From assembly GCA_002104905.1 (NCBI GenBank), contig MCFE01000813.1:1-33771 (forward strand): a DNA stretch of 33,771 nucleotides, read 5' to 3'. The notes beneath the pieces are model-generated. The model ran no database searches, had not been told where the DNA came from, and was given only the letters and a program-made list of their open reading frames with translations. The translations under genes and the position numbers were made by a program. Source of the DNA: Basidiobolus meristosporus CBS 931.73 (lineage: Eukaryota > Fungi > Basidiobolomycota). Positions within the stretch are counted from its first letter, which is position 1. Each line of letters opens with the position of its first letter. Of this stretch, positions 11,823 to 22,524 are shown piece by piece.

Positions 11823-12205
11823 ACAATTAAGCTCGATAAATCAGACTCCTAAAGGTGCTACCGAGGAATTTCATAAATGCCGGGGTCTGCAATGTGTTCA
11901 TTGGATTTGCAAGAGATTCCCTTAGGCCGAAGAGCATTGCCCGTCCGCCCAGAACAAAACATTAACACCGACCACAATGGAACATTTGTCCATGAAGCCA
12001 GTTCATCTCAGTTTAGTGCAGTTGTTGGGTAAAGCCACCACATATGATCCTGTCAAATTAGTAAAGAGTTGGAAATACGCTATTATCGACAACCAAGGGC
12101 CCTAAACGGTTAGAGAAATGAACGATTTGTTGATGTTGGGAACATGGAGGTACAAATACCATACAACACCGCTAACAACCACCATCAAACAACCCACAAC
12201 AAACA

Positions 12206-12480
12206 ATGAAGTTCGCTACCTCCTTGGCCGGCTTGACCCTTACTACTTCCGCCCTTGCCTTGCTCTGGACGAATGGTGCGCAGGAAAGCCAGACACCGCT
12301 CTTCAGTGCGTCGATGAGTATCACTCTGGGGTAATGTGGAGATGCCAAGGTGGAAAGATGGTGGACTACTCCTGTTTCGAAGACCAAGTGTGTGTGAAGT
12401 TCACATGGCAATCGGTTACCAGTGCCACATGTGCTCAACTCCCTTCCACTCCCAGTGGTGAAGGATCTGGCTCCAACTAA
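12206..12480 (+). pseudogene. Subtype B 6-Cys gene with 1-nt deletion frameshift
   Basis: ATG at 12206. TTGCTCTGGAC here versus TTGCCTCTGGAC in the 13394 paralog: one C is missing at ~12263, giving a stop at 12332-12334 after 42 codons. The rest of the module is intact in ORF 12118..12480. The TATA box is altered to TACAAATA (12151-12158). Confidence 0.85.
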
Positions 12481-13044
12481 TAGCAAACTGGTTGGTGCTA
12501 TCAATGTAGATACAGATAAAAATACGCAACAAATCAATATTCAGATCGATCGTTGATGATCTTTGCACAGTGTGTGTGGACGAGAACAGCATAGTCCTTT
12601 AGATGATCTTCGAGTATCTTTTGGAGTACGCTGAACCATAGGTACTGGTATGTTAAAATATAAAAACTATCTGGTGACTGGTGACTTATAGATCAGGGTT
12701 TCCGTCTAGTATGAGACATGTGGGAACCGTAGAACATGTCTCAAGTTGACTAGACAGTACTGTTATCTTGCGTAGCGGCAAGCGTGGTCGTCAGCTATGT
12801 TACACCAATTTTGTGCCAGGTATACAATATTGAAGCAATGGAGGAGTAGTAAGAAATCTGTGACACCAGTTTCAATGGAATCTTTACTCCCTCAGCTCAC
12901 CCAAAGTTCTACACCTTCAGGCCAAGCTGTGGCTGTTCAGCGAATGATAGATCGATAAAGATGCTTTGGTCGACGGGATCTGCAATTGTTGTGGCCCACT
13001 AAGGCATCGCAAATCTTGCAAATAGCTTTCCAATGAGAGTTTAT

Positions 13045-13074
13045 CCGAGTCTCTTAGATCGCTATCTTGATACC
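13045..13074 (+). promoter_or_regulatory. Conserved GAT-rich upstream element, 3' half conserved (before 13394)
   Basis: CCGAGTCTCTTAGATCGCTATCTTGATACC. Confidence 0.55.
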
Positions 13075-13338
13075 GCATGGAATGAATATTTTGGTGGAAT
13101 AGAGCTGGTGTATGATTTTTCTGGAACACCCCTCTGCGGATATTCATAAAAGCCATGGCTAGGAAAATGACTATTTGATATCCCAAATGGTACCTGTGTC
13201 AGCAATGCTAATGCCAGTAATGACCATCTATCCAGAACTATTAACACCAATAGGATTTGAAACCACACCTGTTAATTCTAGCCGAGACTTCACATCACTG
13301 TAGAAACGAATGAGTCATTGATACTGGGAGCACGAAGG

Positions 13339-13346
13339 TATAAATA
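13339..13346 (+). promoter_or_regulatory. TATA box
   Basis: TATAAATA, 55 nt before ATG 13394. Confidence 0.7.
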
Positions 13347-13393
13347 CCGTACAACACCGTCAGCAACCACCATCAAACAACCCACAACAAACA

Positions 13394-13672
13394 ATGAAGT
13401 TCGCTACCTCCTTCTTCGCCGGCCTGACCCTTGCTGCCTCGGCTCTTGCCTTGCCTCTGGACAAATGGTGTGCAGGAAAGCCAGACACCGCTCTTCAGTG
13501 TATTGATGAGTATCACTCCGGCGTAATGTGGAGATGTCAAGGCGGAAAGATGGTGGACTACTCCTGCTTCGAAAACCAAGTGTGTGTGATGTTCACCTGG
13601 CAATCGGTTACCAGCGCCTCGTGCTTTGAACTCCCTCCCACCCCCAGTGATGAAGACTCTGATTCAAACTAG
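13394..13672 (+). CDS. Small secreted 6-Cys protein, subtype B (92 aa, three Trp), CBM19-like module
   Basis: Signal peptide MKFATSFFAGLTLAASALA; same Cys spacing; acidic tail. AATAAA at 13722-13727. Confidence 0.94.
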   Translation: MKFATSFFAGLTLAASALALPLDKWCAGKPDTALQCIDEYHSGVMWRCQGGKMVDYSCFENQVCVMFTWQSVTSASCFELPPTPSDEDSDSN

Positions 13673-14909
13673 GAGTAGCTCTGTTCGTTGCTACCAATGT
13701 AGATATATAGCATCAGTGCACAATAAATGTAATTCAAACATGATCTCTCTCGTGGTGCTCACCAAAAACCATGCTTTGTTGGCCGGAGGAAGCGGTAGTA
13801 GTGACTTGACAAATGACTATATATGTCTCGCCGGATGGGTACAGTTGATCCGTCAGTTTAATAGATTTCTCACTGGGTACAAAGCCACAGCTAGGCATTA
13901 GCCAGGGGTACATACCAGAACGGTTGATGATCACATGCCCGAATTCATGGTGGTTGTATCAAGTTTCACAGCCAGTAGATTGGTTACACTTGCTTAAGGC
14001 ATGTTGACAGCTTATCAACACTAGCATTACCTGAAAGTCATCATCCATGCAATCACTGCCAATTGAAGTGTTTGCCATTAACATCACAAAATCTAAGTGT
14101 CAGCCACACAAAGTGCATATGATCCGCATAACTTCATGGCGATTGGCAAATGATGGCCATGTTGTCGATACATTCCAAATAAAGGCACACTAATATTCCA
14201 GGTATTTGGCTTCCTAGACAGATTTCCAATTATGGTTCGTCAGTGCGGTCTGCTTGGGTTCAAGTATAGCTATGAAGGATATATCTTCATTAATAATGTT
14301 TGTTGACCCCATTGCAATAATGTTGAGTTTAAATGAACCACCTAGCAGGAGCTCCTGAAATATTCCATTTTTCAACCCACCCACAATTTCATACATCAAG
14401 GCCGGCATTTGCCTGGAAGACAGTGGGGGATGAACTGAGGCGGTTACAGTCTTACTTGACTCAGGAATCCGCGTTGTTCGTGCCCCCACTAACTCAATGC
14501 AAATCCCCCAGCCAGTAAGCCAATGTGAGTTTATCCGTTATAGCATAAAGCACCATATTGTTGCCGTATTTGGTGGTAGCTTAGGGTGGCACACGTATGA
14601 TTAAGTGGCACGATGGTAGTGTAAAGTGTTTCTGGAACGCCGAGGATATTCACAGCAGTCAGGGCTAGAATCATGCTTATTCGATTATCCAAACAGCAAT
14701 TAGGATGCCCATTTCAAGATCAAGTCTGATCGACCGCGCTGGCCAAAGCATCATTACCAATCGAGTTGAAGCGTCCTATATGCGTTACTTCAATCATCAT
14801 TGAGGGCTGTGCTAATTGGCAAGAATTTGAAATCCTACCCGCTAATGCTGGTCGAGAACACCATACCATTGTAGGAACAAATGAGTCATTGATACTGGGA
14901 ACATGGAGG

Positions 14910-14917
14910 TATAAATA
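14910..14917 (+). promoter_or_regulatory. TATA box
   Basis: TATAAATA, 55 nt before ATG 14965. Confidence 0.7.
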
Positions 14918-14964
14918 CCATACAACACCGCTAACAACTACCATCAAACAACCCACAACAAACA

Positions 14965-15243
14965 ATGAAGTTCGCTACCTCCTTCTTCGCCGGCCTGACC
15001 CTTGCTGCCTCCGCTCTTGCCTTGCCTTTGGACGAATGGTGCGCAGGAAAGCCAGACACCGCTCTTCAGTGCGTCGATGAGTATCACTCTGGGGTAATGT
15101 GGAGATGTCAAGGCGGAAAGATGGTGGACTACTCTTGCTTCGAAGACCAAGTGTGTGTGAAGTTCACATGGCAATCGGTTACCAGTGCCGCATGTGCTCA
15201 GCTCCCACCCACTCCCAGCGGTGATAACTCCGGCTCAAACTAG
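14965..15243 (+). CDS. Small secreted 6-Cys protein, subtype B (92 aa)
   Basis: Differs from 16610 by one residue (GDNSGSN vs GDDSGSN). AATAAA at 15293-15298. Confidence 0.94.
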   Translation: MKFATSFFAGLTLAASALALPLDEWCAGKPDTALQCVDEYHSGVMWRCQGGKMVDYSCFEDQVCVKFTWQSVTSAACAQLPPTPSGDNSGSN

Positions 15244-16188
15244 AAGCAGCTTTACCCATTGCTACACATGTAGATATATAGTATCAGTGCACAATAAATG
15301 AAATCCACGCAGCATTTTTGAACTGCTAATCTGGGATTTACTGATTCAGAATTGATGAGAGCAGGCTTTTGACTGTACCGGCAACGGAAAACGAAAGATT
15401 AAGAAATCCGTAATAACAAGATGCATGAGATATCCCATATAAACTACCCGGATAGTGTACTGAGCTTGCATCATATACGAGTGGTAGCGACCCTTTTTGA
15501 TCCGAGAATTTTACGAGACATTAGCAATATTATTCTAGCAAAAAACACTCAATCAACGAAATTTCCCGCCACATGTTTCACATTTAAAAAAGATGTTCTG
15601 AACAATTTCCTTTGGCAGTTGCTCCTGGGGCACAATATCTTCATTACCAATGCAGGTAACCAGAGTAGATATCAATCTAGGTAGCATCGTCCGGAAAGTA
15701 TCATCGAGTGAATCATTGCCAAAGAGGCGTGCATTGCGTGCATTGCAAGAGCTAGCGCAAGCCACTCGAAATGCCAAACCAAACCTAGCCCATAGCAATT
15801 GGTTACCGGCACCGTATGGATCATGGTCATGTTATTAATGGAGCCTAAATTAGGTGGCATTTCGTCTCTCGGATATTGCGTATTCACCGGGCTGTGCAAT
15901 TTGGGTGGGTTCATGCATGGCCTTGTTGATCTATTGTGATTCCGATATTGTGCACCAATGTCAGGATTGGCAGTATATCCCGCAAGTGGCATTAATACCC
16001 ATAGAATCTTCCATCCTCTGATCACTGTTGTTTTCACACACTCAGGCCAACTTTCTGTCCTTGAAAAGCTACAGATTCCATGTGGATGGCTGGGTCATTC
16101 TAGTCCGTCATTCAAACGCTATTTTTGGATCCTGTGAGCCACTAAAGCATCGTAAATCTCACAGAAAGCTCACCAAGAAGAATCCTTC

Positions 16189-16218
16189 CGTGATTGCGTC
16201 GATCGCTATCTTGATACC
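16189..16218 (+). promoter_or_regulatory. Conserved GAT-rich upstream element (before 16610)
   Basis: CGTGATTGCGTCGATCGCTATCTTGATACC. Confidence 0.55.
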
Positions 16219-16554
16219 GCATTTGTTGTATATTCGGGTGAAATAATGCTGGTGGATGGCATTCTTGGAACACCAGCACGCGGATATTTCTAAAAGCCAT
16301 AGTCAGGAAAATGCTTATTAGATATTCCAAATAGCAACTGTGTCAGAAATCCCAATGTTAACATTGATAGCACTCAGTTCTGTAGTTCACAGAATAAATT
16401 CCAACCTCTTCTAGGCCGATACTTCTATTGGGCAAAGCCATCTTCAACGGTTGGGCTATATTGGTGAGAATTTGAGACTCTGCCCACTGATGCTGGTCGA
16501 GAGCACCATACCATTGTAGGAACAAATGAGTCATTGATACTGGGAACATGGAGG

Positions 16555-16562
16555 TATAAATA
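16555..16562 (+). promoter_or_regulatory. TATA box
   Basis: TATAAATA, 55 nt before ATG 16610. Confidence 0.7.
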
Positions 16563-16609
16563 CCATACAACACCGCTAACAACTACCATCAAACAACCCA
16601 CAACAAACA

Positions 16610-16888
16610 ATGAAGTTCGCTACCTCCTTCTTCGCCGGCCTGACCCTTGCTGCCTCCGCTCTTGCCTTGCCTTTGGACGAATGGTGCGCAGGAAAGCCAG
16701 ACACCGCTCTTCAGTGCGTCGATGAGTATCACTCTGGGGTAATGTGGAGATGCCAAGGTGGAAAGATGGTGGACTACTCCTGTTTCGAAGACCAAGTGTG
16801 TGTGAAGTTCACATGGCAATCGGTTACCAGTGCCGCATGTGCTCAGCTCCCACCCACTCCCAGCGGTGATGACTCCGGTTCAAACTAA
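16610..16888 (+). CDS. Small secreted 6-Cys protein, subtype B (92 aa)
   Basis: Signal peptide + 6-Cys module. AATAAA at 16938-16943. Confidence 0.94.
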   Translation: MKFATSFFAGLTLAASALALPLDEWCAGKPDTALQCVDEYHSGVMWRCQGGKMVDYSCFEDQVCVKFTWQSVTSAACAQLPPTPSGDDSGSN

Positions 16889-17998
16889 AAGTAGCTTTGA
16901 CCGCTGCTACCAATGTAAGTACATAGCATAAACGCACAATAAACGAAATCCATAAAACATTCTTGCACTGCTCATCTGGGATTTGCTAGTAGTGAACGTC
17001 ATTAACCGATAAGGGATTTGATAATGAGCAGTGATGGAGATAGGTATTCCATTTTAATATTCTTGAGGTAATCCCCAATATCCTCTGTACTCTTTTCGAA
17101 TGATGTGAATCACCTGATAGAAAGCATAGGGACTTAACGGGAGTAAAGCTCCATTGTTGAATTCTTTGCTCAACTCATATACAGAGATTTAATGATAAGC
17201 GACTCGGTATGTATTGAGTATCAATCCGGCATTGGCAAAATTTACGAATCCAACCCTCTTCGGAGGAATAGTTCAACATGTTTGATATCGGTCAGATAAG
17301 CCTACAGTAGTGCATCACACAAACCAAGCAGTAAATTCAACCTAAACCATTGGCATCGAAATCACATTTGAAACATCATTCCGTGGGATTCAAGGGGTTG
17401 ACCTCGGTAGAAAACGGCATATTGTATGTGAGTGCGATATCGGCCGGATTGTTTGAGGGATGTCGTTCACTGGCCGATCAACAGTAGGTACCGAATTGAG
17501 CCTCGCTATACGCCACCCGTCTTTCTAATTCTCCCCACCATATTTGGTCTCAGAAAAAAAGCCCACCAAGATAAACCATAAATGAATCGGGTGAGGTTAA
17601 TGAATATCGACGATTACGCGTCGATATGATCTGGCCATTGACCAAGAATGGGAACAAGCAAGACAGTGCCACTCTCTTTACCATACTTGGACTGATAACG
17701 CTATACTTTGTACTCATTGCTGTCGCTTTGGTCGATTTACTAACCGGGCCAGTCCAAGCTTTGCTATAGTGATGCCACCTGATCATTCACCACGAAACCT
17801 GCCGTGTTTCATGCAGCCGACATTTCTCGAAGCATTCACTTCTCCTAGCCCAACACCTAGCTATGTGCAGGGATGATATCTAACGGTGTGCGTTGGCTCC
17901 ACAGGAAAAGATACCAACCAACCGGGTGTAAATCTTCTCTCTTCACCCAGGATCCAGGTTGGTTGAAGGAAAAAATCATTTATGCCAAATCTTGAGTC

Positions 17999-18028
17999 GA
18001 TGATCTCATCGATCGCTATCTTGATGCC
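17999..18028 (+). promoter_or_regulatory. Conserved GAT-rich upstream element (before 18511)
   Basis: GATGATCTCATCGATCGCTATCTTGATGCC; includes the inverted repeat CGATGA-TC-TCATCG at 17998-18011. Confidence 0.55.
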
Positions 18029-18433
18029 CTACGCGTTTGGTGCAGATGAACCGCCGAGACTCGTATATGGTGAAGTAGTATAATGGCGGTGTATGTTTTC
18101 CCCGGGACGCTGCATCAAAGATATTCGAGGCTGGGAAGTGATATGCTTATTGGGATCCCAAAATGGTAACCCTGACGGAAATGCCATCAATAACATTGAC
18201 CGACTGCCCAGATCCAAGTTTCCATGCCAATCGTAACGGAACGACCGGAAATGTGGTACCCTTTCTGGCATTGATGGATTCCAGTTCCCCTTCGATTGGC
18301 GTTTTAATTGGACAAAGCCACGTTTAAAAATCGCGCTAAATTTGGGAGAATTTGGAACTATACAGTTGCTGTTTGTCGAGAGCACTAGTTTACTGAAGAA
18401 AGTAATGATTTGCTGATGGTTTAGGGCACAACG

Positions 18434-18441
18434 TATATATA
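18434..18441 (+). promoter_or_regulatory. TATA box
   Basis: TATATATA, 77 nt before ATG 18511. Confidence 0.55.
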
Positions 18442-18510
18442 CCTCGCATGGCTACCGATTGCCACCAACAGAATCTTATTCGCAGACCATACTAGCAACA
18501 AGATATCACT

Positions 18511-19248
18511 ATGAAATTTACCACCTCCATTTCCGCTTGTTTGACATTCGCTGCTGTTGCTTTGGCCTTGCCACATCAAAACCTTCAGAACCATTGCCAG
18601 GAAATGCAAAATACCGCCCTTCATTGCCTTGAGGAACGTCAATCTGGCTTGATGTACAGATGCACCGGTGGAAAGGTGGTTGATTATACTTGTCCAGGAG
18701 ACCAAGTTTGTGTGATGTTTACATTCGGGTCGTCTACTAGTGCAGCTTGCGCGGACAGACCTCCGGAGTCAGTGAACAAGTCTGAACACTCATCTTCATC
18801 ATCGGTATACACCAACTCTACTTCCGTGGCTGCGCCAACCTCTATTCATACCCAATCCCTCCCTCGTGCCACCCCCAAGCCAACTGTTCATTCACCATGT
18901 GAATGCACTCCTGTTGAGCCATCATCTGTCACATACATGAACGATTTCCTCATTGCCTATCAAAATCAAGGATATTTCTGGGATGTTGCCGCACGCAACC
19001 CTGACTCTGTTCATCGCTTCGAGTACGAAGGAGTTAACGCCGAGGGAGAGAGCTTCACAGCTGCCACCATCATTCAACCAAAGGAGTATATTGAGGGAGA
19101 TCTTCCCATGGGTGCCAAACTTTATGACTGCTTCAAGAAGTCAGAGCTTGTACCCAGCTGGAATAGTGATGCTGTCATCGCCTCGAAGTGCTCTCTGTAT
19201 GATGACAATAAGCTCATTGCCAGCATGGAATTTACCGCCAGTCAGTAA
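18511..19248 (+). CDS. Long-form secreted protein (245 aa): 6-Cys CBM19-like module + S/T/P linker + unknown ~120-aa 4-Cys domain
   Basis: Signal peptide, same Cys spacing and a Ser/Thr-rich linker. The C-terminal domain (HSPCEC...MNDFLIAYQNQGYFWDVA...KCSLYDDNKLIASMEFTASQ) is collinear with the 3102 locus. Confidence 0.93.
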   Translation: MKFTTSISACLTFAAVALALPHQNLQNHCQEMQNTALHCLEERQSGLMYRCTGGKVVDYTCPGDQVCVMFTFGSSTSAACADRPPESVNKSEHSSSSSVYTNSTSVAAPTSIHTQSLPRATPKPTVHSPCECTPVEPSSVTYMNDFLIAYQNQGYFWDVAARNPDSVHRFEYEGVNAEGESFTAATIIQPKEYIEGDLPMGAKLYDCFKKSELVPSWNSDAVIASKCSLYDDNKLIASMEFTASQ

Positions 19249-21924
19249 ATCCCAAAGTGTAAAATATTTCCCGAGTATATAGAAGGGGTATTGGCTGAAA
19301 CGGCGCAACCCCTCTTTCTAAGTAATAATGTGTATAAGAAATCATAATAAATGCCAACTACCTCAAAAACCCAGTTTATCATCTATTTACGTGTTGCGGT
19401 GGTAAAACGAGTTCGTATTGCAATACGCATGGAACAAAATTTCCACTGCTGCGATGCAAAGATGGGTATTTCAAGTGACTAGGGGGCATGTATTCAAATG
19501 AACATTCAATGATCGAAAGGTCACCAATATCGGCACATTCAACATTGTAAGTATTCAAGTGTAACAACTATTTGATATGATTCGATTTGACTGCATGTAC
19601 ACAATACAAAGGGTCAGATCAATATACCATTAATGAGATAATGTGCTCTCATGATGGCCAAAAGGACCGCAACCGTTACATAGCCATTCGAAATTCATCT
19701 GCAGTCCATTAGCTCGTTCGCTTGGACAAATCCCAAAAAATTTATTCCTTAAATCAGCAGATTTCACTTTCCTGATTCTCTACTAATATTGGGCAAGGTC
19801 ACTAGAGTAATAGAAAATACCCAGGCGGTATATACTCGCAAGTAAGTTGAATTGGCAACTTGGGTGTTTGGAGCAATTAGAAATGTGGTCCTTCACATAT
19901 GTATTGGTGTATTGAGGGGAGATGAGCTATTTGTACTTCCAGAAATTCATAAAAAATATTAACATGCACTGACACTCTAGCAAATTACCCATAGTATAAT
20001 TCATTACCAATGAAGAATTAGGACCAATTCCATTATTTGCGGTAACAAAGAAATTTATGAAACTTCCAAAGACACTTGGTTTTAGAGCAATGAGGGTAGA
20101 CTGCTACTTGATCCAATCCTAAAGTGGATCAAATTCATCTACTAAACCCCATCACAATGTTCACCGGATACTGAGAATGGGCCACCAGTTGGGAGGACCA
20201 GGCGCAGATTTGGAATCGAAACAAATGTTAGCCCAATCCCTGGGATAAGTCGGGTATTCCGATGATACAACCCATCAGCAACGTTACTTCCCATCCAATC
20301 AGATCCACTATTCACCGGTAGGATTTCGTGAATGGCTTCATTGCCCTTTGATGTGGTAGGGTATGGTCAGTGGTTGATCACTTCGTGTATGAATCATTCC
20401 GGCTGACACCACCATTGGACAGACGGTCTGGCTGGTATCGACTACATGTTGTATACCGAGAATACACTATCAACGATTGGATCCTCCTCATGTAGGTTTC
20501 ATGAGTAGCCAATCGCATATGGTAATTACCTTTTGGCGTCCATCTCCGATCCCTCAGTACCTCGCATCACGATTAATTCAAACCAACCGCATCAGCGGGG
20601 TTGACCCAAAACGAGGTGATCGATTTCCTTTTGACCTTTTAGAATACCTTGGTACATACTCATGAAACCGGCGGCAACCCAAGTTGAGTCCCCCATGAAA
20701 CTTCGCTGGACCATATTACGCACCGCTCCACAGACTCCGCCGCGCAGCCATTGTATCGTAGACATCCGAGAGGTGACCAAACCGGCGTCTGGACTCGATT
20801 GTTCTCGAGAGAATTGAGAGGGAGGTAGCTCTCTGATCGCATATCCTGCTGGCAACGTCCATCAAACCACCATTAAACCCACCCCACGCCTTACAAACCA
20901 GACCCCTTATCAACCGTGCTCACGAGTATGCACCCAAGTACCCGTGAAAAGAGAGAAACAAGTATGGTAAATCACCTACCAGCATCCGGAGGATTTGGGC
21001 ATTCCTTAGTGGATTTAAACGAAGTACTGATCGATCCAGTAGTGTTGATTCCATGGAATATTTCTACCGCGTTGAACGTGTGTAACTCTCACCTGCCTAT
21101 CAGAGATATCACCCAGCAAGCTTGCACAAAACACGTTGGTTCGGGCAATGCATGGGCAATTGGTGGACATCCAAGTTAATTCCACATAAGGAAGGAATGG
21201 TGGATTCATGCGTCAAGATCGTCTGCTCGCTGTACTGGTGGAGATCTGAGATAGGGTTGGGTTGGGGTGGTGATGCTTTATGCTTCGTGGTTAGCCTATT
21301 ATGTATAACCATCCGTAAGGGCCGCCCGGATTATTTCCTATGCAAGCGCCGCTCTGATTGCTGTCTTTCGAAAGGAACTTGGCTATTGCGTCCAAACAGT
21401 TGTACCTGTAGCCTGTCTACCAGAATGGCAGCCATAAGATCATTAATCTGACTATTGAGGGAGAGCCTAGTACCATATTTGGCTCAACCCAGATTCCGCG
21501 CTGCATCCTGCTTTGATTGGGTCATATTAGGGTAGGTGAGAACATGGTAGAAAGAAGGCCTTCTACTTCCGTTACTCTTCAGTGGAGCGCACTTTGCGGA
21601 TCAAGTTACCACATCACTCGGGATGTGCGAACTTGCCTACTTAACGAGGTCCTCTCGCCAACAACGAGATCCGTTTAGCGGGCAACATAAGTAGTGGGCG
21701 GAGATTGATATTCTCTTGGGTAATTGGGCACGCTAATCATGATCTCCAGCGGATTCATCAAGAATGGGAGCCACGGTGGTTGTTGAAACGAACACGCGGT
21801 TCAAATAAGAGAATATAGTGTTTCCAAACATGATTTATTTCCAGCTTTTTCTTACCAGAAGTGAAAGATCTACTAAATGAAATGCCCGATAGGTTTGCAT
21901 CCAGTGCTACGCTATTGAAGTGAT

Positions 21925-22524
21925 TTATCCTTGCAACTGGCAGGAAGTGACGCTGATATCAACGTGGTCTAGTCTAGAACCGAAGGTACGGGCGATTTGT
22001 TCGTAGTACTTCTTGTCTCCGACAAGAAGATCGATGTGGTTGTTTCCGAAGCTCCATCCCTTGTCATCAACACGGACACATCCGTTGTGAGTGGATCCGT
22101 TGGGCATCTTCAATCCCTTCAATTGGTTGACCATAACCTTGCTACCATATGGAAGATCGTTGGCTGAGATACTGATGAATGGCTTGAGAGAGTTACTTCT
22201 AGAGCCAAGGCCGTAAGGGTAACGCTTCTGATCAAGCGTCATGAAGCAGCTATAGCCGCTACCGCAGCCGCACGCAAGGTTGACGACCTTTCCGTTGTTC
22301 AAACGGGCAGTGCCCTCCATGCGAGCTGCCTCAGCAAACGATCTGGAGACCTTGGCAATGGTCTGTCCGGAGCAGGTACGGAGGTCGATACTCTTGGATC
22401 CAGAGTGGTCGCCCTCTTTAGCGATCCAGTAGAAAGTCATCTTCACCCTTTTGGCCATGACGGCAGTTTGGAAAAGGGTAACGTAGAGGAGGGTAATCAA
22501 GAGAAGTTTGTTGAGTACTTGCAT
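21925..22524 (-). CDS. Secreted 3D-domain (MltA-like double-psi beta-barrel) protein, 199 aa, copy 1
   Basis: ATG at 22524 (the ORF track starts 2 codons earlier at a TTG). Signal peptide, N-terminal TFYW strand and VDDKGWSFGNNHIDLLVG, matching the 3D motif D-x-G-x8-D. Six Cys. TATA at 22574-22581 (minus). Confidence 0.85.
   Translation of the reverse strand: MQVLNKLLLITLLYVTLFQTAVMAKRVKMTFYWIAKEGDHSGSKSIDLRTCSGQTIAKVSRSFAEAARMEGTARLNNGKVVNLACGCGSGYSCFMTLDQKRYPYGLGSRSNSLKPFISISANDLPYGSKVMVNQLKGLKMPNGSTHNGCVRVDDKGWSFGNNHIDLLVGDKKYYEQIARTFGSRLDHVDISVTSCQLQG

Noticed and set aside
12917-16330. Minus-strand ORFs 12917..13186 and 16142..16330 share MAF.NIR..VFQ....ALFH.NI..MRYQDSD
   Set aside because: They overlie the duplicated upstream block. 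Differences are mostly non-synonymous, the starts are TTG, and the frame is not kept in other copies, so this is non-coding homology.
5329-16888. Hydrophobin, CFEM or defensin identity for the small Cys-rich proteins
   Set aside because: They have six Cys, not eight, no CC doublets, and an acidic net charge.
5000-18600. CRISPR-like or prokaryotic operon interpretation of the repeated units
   Set aside because: The repeats are kb-spaced gene duplications with eukaryotic promoters. There is no repeat-spacer periodicity and no cas genes.
19400-21900. Short overlapping ORFs (20477-21451) as a decayed gene
   Set aside because: No recognisable motif or signal peptide in any frame.
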